Positions 61,750-64,000 of a stretch of 64,000 bases of DNA are shown here, piece by piece. The notes beneath the pieces were generated by a model. That model saw nothing but the letters and a program-made list of their open reading frames with translations, was not told the DNA's origin and ran no database searches. Numbering within the stretch: the stretch's first letter is position 1; every line of letters begins with the position of its first letter. A program made the position numbers and the translations under genes. The stretch covers positions 1,672-65,671 of IMG/VR virus record IMGVR_UViG_3300044631_000780; one strand, written 5' to 3'. Origin of the DNA: a virus. Its lineage: Duplodnaviria > Caudoviricetes.

Positions 61750-62843
61750 TGTCGTATGATCCATGGAAATCTGGAGAATTATTAATAACTCCTGGCATGA
61801 CTATGACTGCCACTGGGCAAGTTAAAGATGTAGATGGAAAACCAGTTGCTTCTGCCTCAACTGCGGCTGCTAATAAAGTAGCTCAGGAAAATGCTGTAAA
61901 GGAACAGGAAAAAATTACAATATCTGGTCCCAAAAAATCAAGTGTTACTGCTGGATCCAGTAATGCTTTACGATATCCAAACAATCCTCCCATTGGAGCA
62001 GAAACTGACTACGTAGTGTTTGAATTTTACGAATACAATCCTCCATTTAAAAATGATGGAAGTACCTCTGAGTTTGGATTGGAATCTTTAGCAAAATATA
62101 ATTCTTCCGTTGAACAATATAATCCAACCAATTTAAAATCTATCATTCTTTATATGCCAGAAGATATATCAACTGGTTTCAAAGCAAATTGGACTGGCAA
62201 GAATTTTAGCAATATTGGTGCTGGTATTTTAAGAACTGCTGGCGGAACCGATCTTATGGCAAAACTTAAAAGTTTTGGTGAAACAGCAAATGAAGGTTTG
62301 GATAGGTTTACAACAATTGCTGGAGCGCAAATAATATCAGGAGCAATTAGTAAAATTACTGGAGAAAGTGTATCTCTTGATGATATTTTTTCTAGCACCC
62401 GTGGAGTAATTCTCAATCCAAATACAGAACTTTTATTTACTGGATTGGATCTTCGTAACTTTACTTTAACATTTAAACTAGTTCCTAGAAATGCTTCTGA
62501 AGCAAACCAAATAGAAGAAATTATTAGAACCTTCAAAAAAGCAATGCTCCCATACGCCAATTCTGGAGCAGAAGCTTTGAAAGAATCATTTGATGAACAA
62601 GGTTATCAAGCTGGATTTATCAAAGTTCCAGACCTAACTAAGGTTACATTCATGCGTGGATCTGATTTAAATAAGAATGTTCCACAGTTTAAAATGTGTG
62701 CTCTTACTCAAGTTGATGTGAACTATACGCCAGATGGAACATATGCCACAACAAGAGATGGACGTATGGTTGCTTATCAAATGAGTTTAAACTTCCAAGA
62801 AACAAAACTCATCTTCAGAGAAGATGTAAACGCAGGATACTAA
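61749..62843 (+). CDS. gp48: baseplate tail tube cap gp48
   Basis: LRYP...ILYMP...NPNTELLF.G..LRNF...CALTQVDVNYTPDG...LNFQE. Confidence 0.88.
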   Translation: MSYDPWKSGELLITPGMTMTATGQVKDVDGKPVASASTAAANKVAQENAVKEQEKITISGPKKSSVTAGSSNALRYPNNPPIGAETDYVVFEFYEYNPPFKNDGSTSEFGLESLAKYNSSVEQYNPTNLKSIILYMPEDISTGFKANWTGKNFSNIGAGILRTAGGTDLMAKLKSFGETANEGLDRFTTIAGAQIISGAISKITGESVSLDDIFSSTRGVILNPNTELLFTGLDLRNFTLTFKLVPRNASEANQIEEIIRTFKKAMLPYANSGAEALKESFDEQGYQAGFIKVPDLTKVTFMRGSDLNKNVPQFKMCALTQVDVNYTPDGTYATTRDGRMVAYQMSLNFQETKLIFREDVNAGY

Positions 62844-62844
62844 A

Positions 62845-63474
62845 ATGTTTTTTTCAATCGTTCCCAATATCTCATACGATGAGAAACCAATCAGTTATCC
62901 TTTCTCTGAAGCAGACTTCATTACTGCTAAGAACTTCTTTCGTAGATATAAAGTTAATGATGAAGTCTTCTCTTACGTTGTATTCTTCACAAAATATACA
63001 ATCAACGATGGTGAAAGACCAGATACATTAGCAGACAAACTGTATGGTAATCCATTTTATGATTGGGTGATCCTACTAACAAATAATATGGTGAATGCTC
63101 AATATGATTGGCCGATGACCAATTATGAATTATCTAAAGTAGCAGAGAAAGAATTTGATGATCCATACGGAACCATTCATCACTATGAAACCTATGAGTA
63201 TGGTCCATATCCAGAAGGATTACATGTAGATCAGACTTTTTATAATACAACCCACAAATTAAATATAAATGGTCAAATAGTGGTGAAAAGCGGCAACGAG
63301 TTATGCCGTCCAGTCACAATTATAGAACATTATACACAAGAGAACGAGAAAAAAAGAAAAATTTATCTTCTAAAACCAAGATACCTACAATCATTTGTAG
63401 ATGATTTCAGAAAGCAAAATCTCTACAAGAAATCTGGTAACTACGTCACTCAGCAACTCAAAAAAACTGGTTGA
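62845..63474 (+). CDS. gp53: baseplate wedge subunit gp53
   Basis: GERPDTLA.KLYG...WVILLTNN...WP...HHYET...NEKKRKI.LLKP. Confidence 0.9.
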   Translation: MFFSIVPNISYDEKPISYPFSEADFITAKNFFRRYKVNDEVFSYVVFFTKYTINDGERPDTLADKLYGNPFYDWVILLTNNMVNAQYDWPMTNYELSKVAEKEFDDPYGTIHHYETYEYGPYPEGLHVDQTFYNTTHKLNINGQIVVKSGNELCRPVTIIEHYTQENEKKRKIYLLKPRYLQSFVDDFRKQNLYKKSGNYVTQQLKKTG

Positions 63475-63487
63475 ACTTTTTAGACAA

Positions 63488-63520
63488 AAAATTGGCGGAA
63501 AATTTTTTTCCCGCCAATGA
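63488..63520. terminator. hairpin between convergent gp53 and gp32
   Basis: attggcgg...ccgccaat stem flanked by A/T tracts. Confidence 0.6.
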
Positions 63521-63542
63521 AAATCAATTTTTGATTTTGAAA

Positions 63543-64000
63543 TCAGTCTTCTTCAGCTAGACGAGCGAAGTAACTGAGAGCATCGTCATCATCCACGACT
63601 GCTTCTTCCTTCACTGGAGTGGGGACAGCAGCAACACGGGAACGGAACGAAGGCAGGGCAGGTTCTTCTGCCACAGGTTCAAAGTCTTCCTCATCTTCAC
63701 TATAGGAAGGGCGAGCAGGACGGGAAGTAACGCCAAGCACGAGGTTCAGACGTGCTTCCAGTTCTTCGTAGGTCTTGAAACTATCAGGAGCAGTGAAGGC
63801 TGCGAGAGAGTATTCACTCTTCCAAACTTTCTCAAGTTGAGTGTCATCAGCAGACAGAGCAGAGACACTATCAAACTCAGAACTGTCGTAGTTCCAGTAA
63901 CCAGCAACCTTCTTGATCTTCAGTTTGAAGTTAGCACCTTCCCAAAGATCGAACACATTCACAGGGGTTTCATCTTGAAACTCAGGTTGCATCGCAGCAA
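63543..64000 (-). CDS. gp32: single-stranded DNA-binding protein gp32 (3' part; 5' end outside window)
   Basis: FDLWEGANFKLKI..VAGYWNYDSSEF; acidic tail DDALSYFARLAEED. Confidence 0.93.
   Translation of the reverse strand, partial: AAMQPEFQDETPVNVFDLWEGANFKLKIKKVAGYWNYDSSEFDSVSALSADDTQLEKVWKSEYSLAAFTAPDSFKTYEELEARLNLVLGVTSRPARPSYSEDEEDFEPVAEEPALPSFRSRVAAVPTPVKEEAVVDDDDALSYFARLAEED

Noticed and set aside
62150-62560. 136-aa minus-strand ORF
   Set aside because: Antisense to gp48.

Overview
This window is part of a T4-like cyanophage (cyanomyovirus) genome, almost all on the minus strand. (1) 1-22.9 kb: about 70 small early-type ORFs, with a DNA methyltransferase next to a PD-(D/E)XK nuclease, an SF2 helicase, an RlpA-like protein and an endonuclease VII-like HNH. 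It holds 13 of the window's 14 copies of a promoter element, a 22-bp palindrome placed 30-31 nt upstream of a -10 box. An AT-rich locus with cyanobacterial-type DnaA boxes is a candidate origin. (2) 22.9-46.2 kb: four 2OG-Fe(II) oxygenases, a fibre chaperone, three tail-collar/fibre genes and a 4244-aa virion protein. (3) 46.3-49.4 kb: 17 tRNA genes, three unannotated CCA-ending structured RNAs and a CpeT/CpcT bilin lyase. (4) 50-64 kb: baseplate and tail genes (gp5 N and C parts, CP12, hub, tape-measure-like, gp51, gp26, gp54, gp4, gp2, gp48, gp53) and the 3' part of gp32. The main candidate new system is in the giant virion protein. It appears to contain six nested phycobiliprotein-like domains that keep the Cys84-type (CxRD) and Cys155-type bilin-attachment cysteines, and it lies about 2 kb from the phage bilin lyase, suggesting a chromophorylated virion. 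A second notable signal is a -1 slippery site joining gp26 to gp51 just before the tape-measure-like gene. All family calls come from reading motifs by eye; no searches were run.
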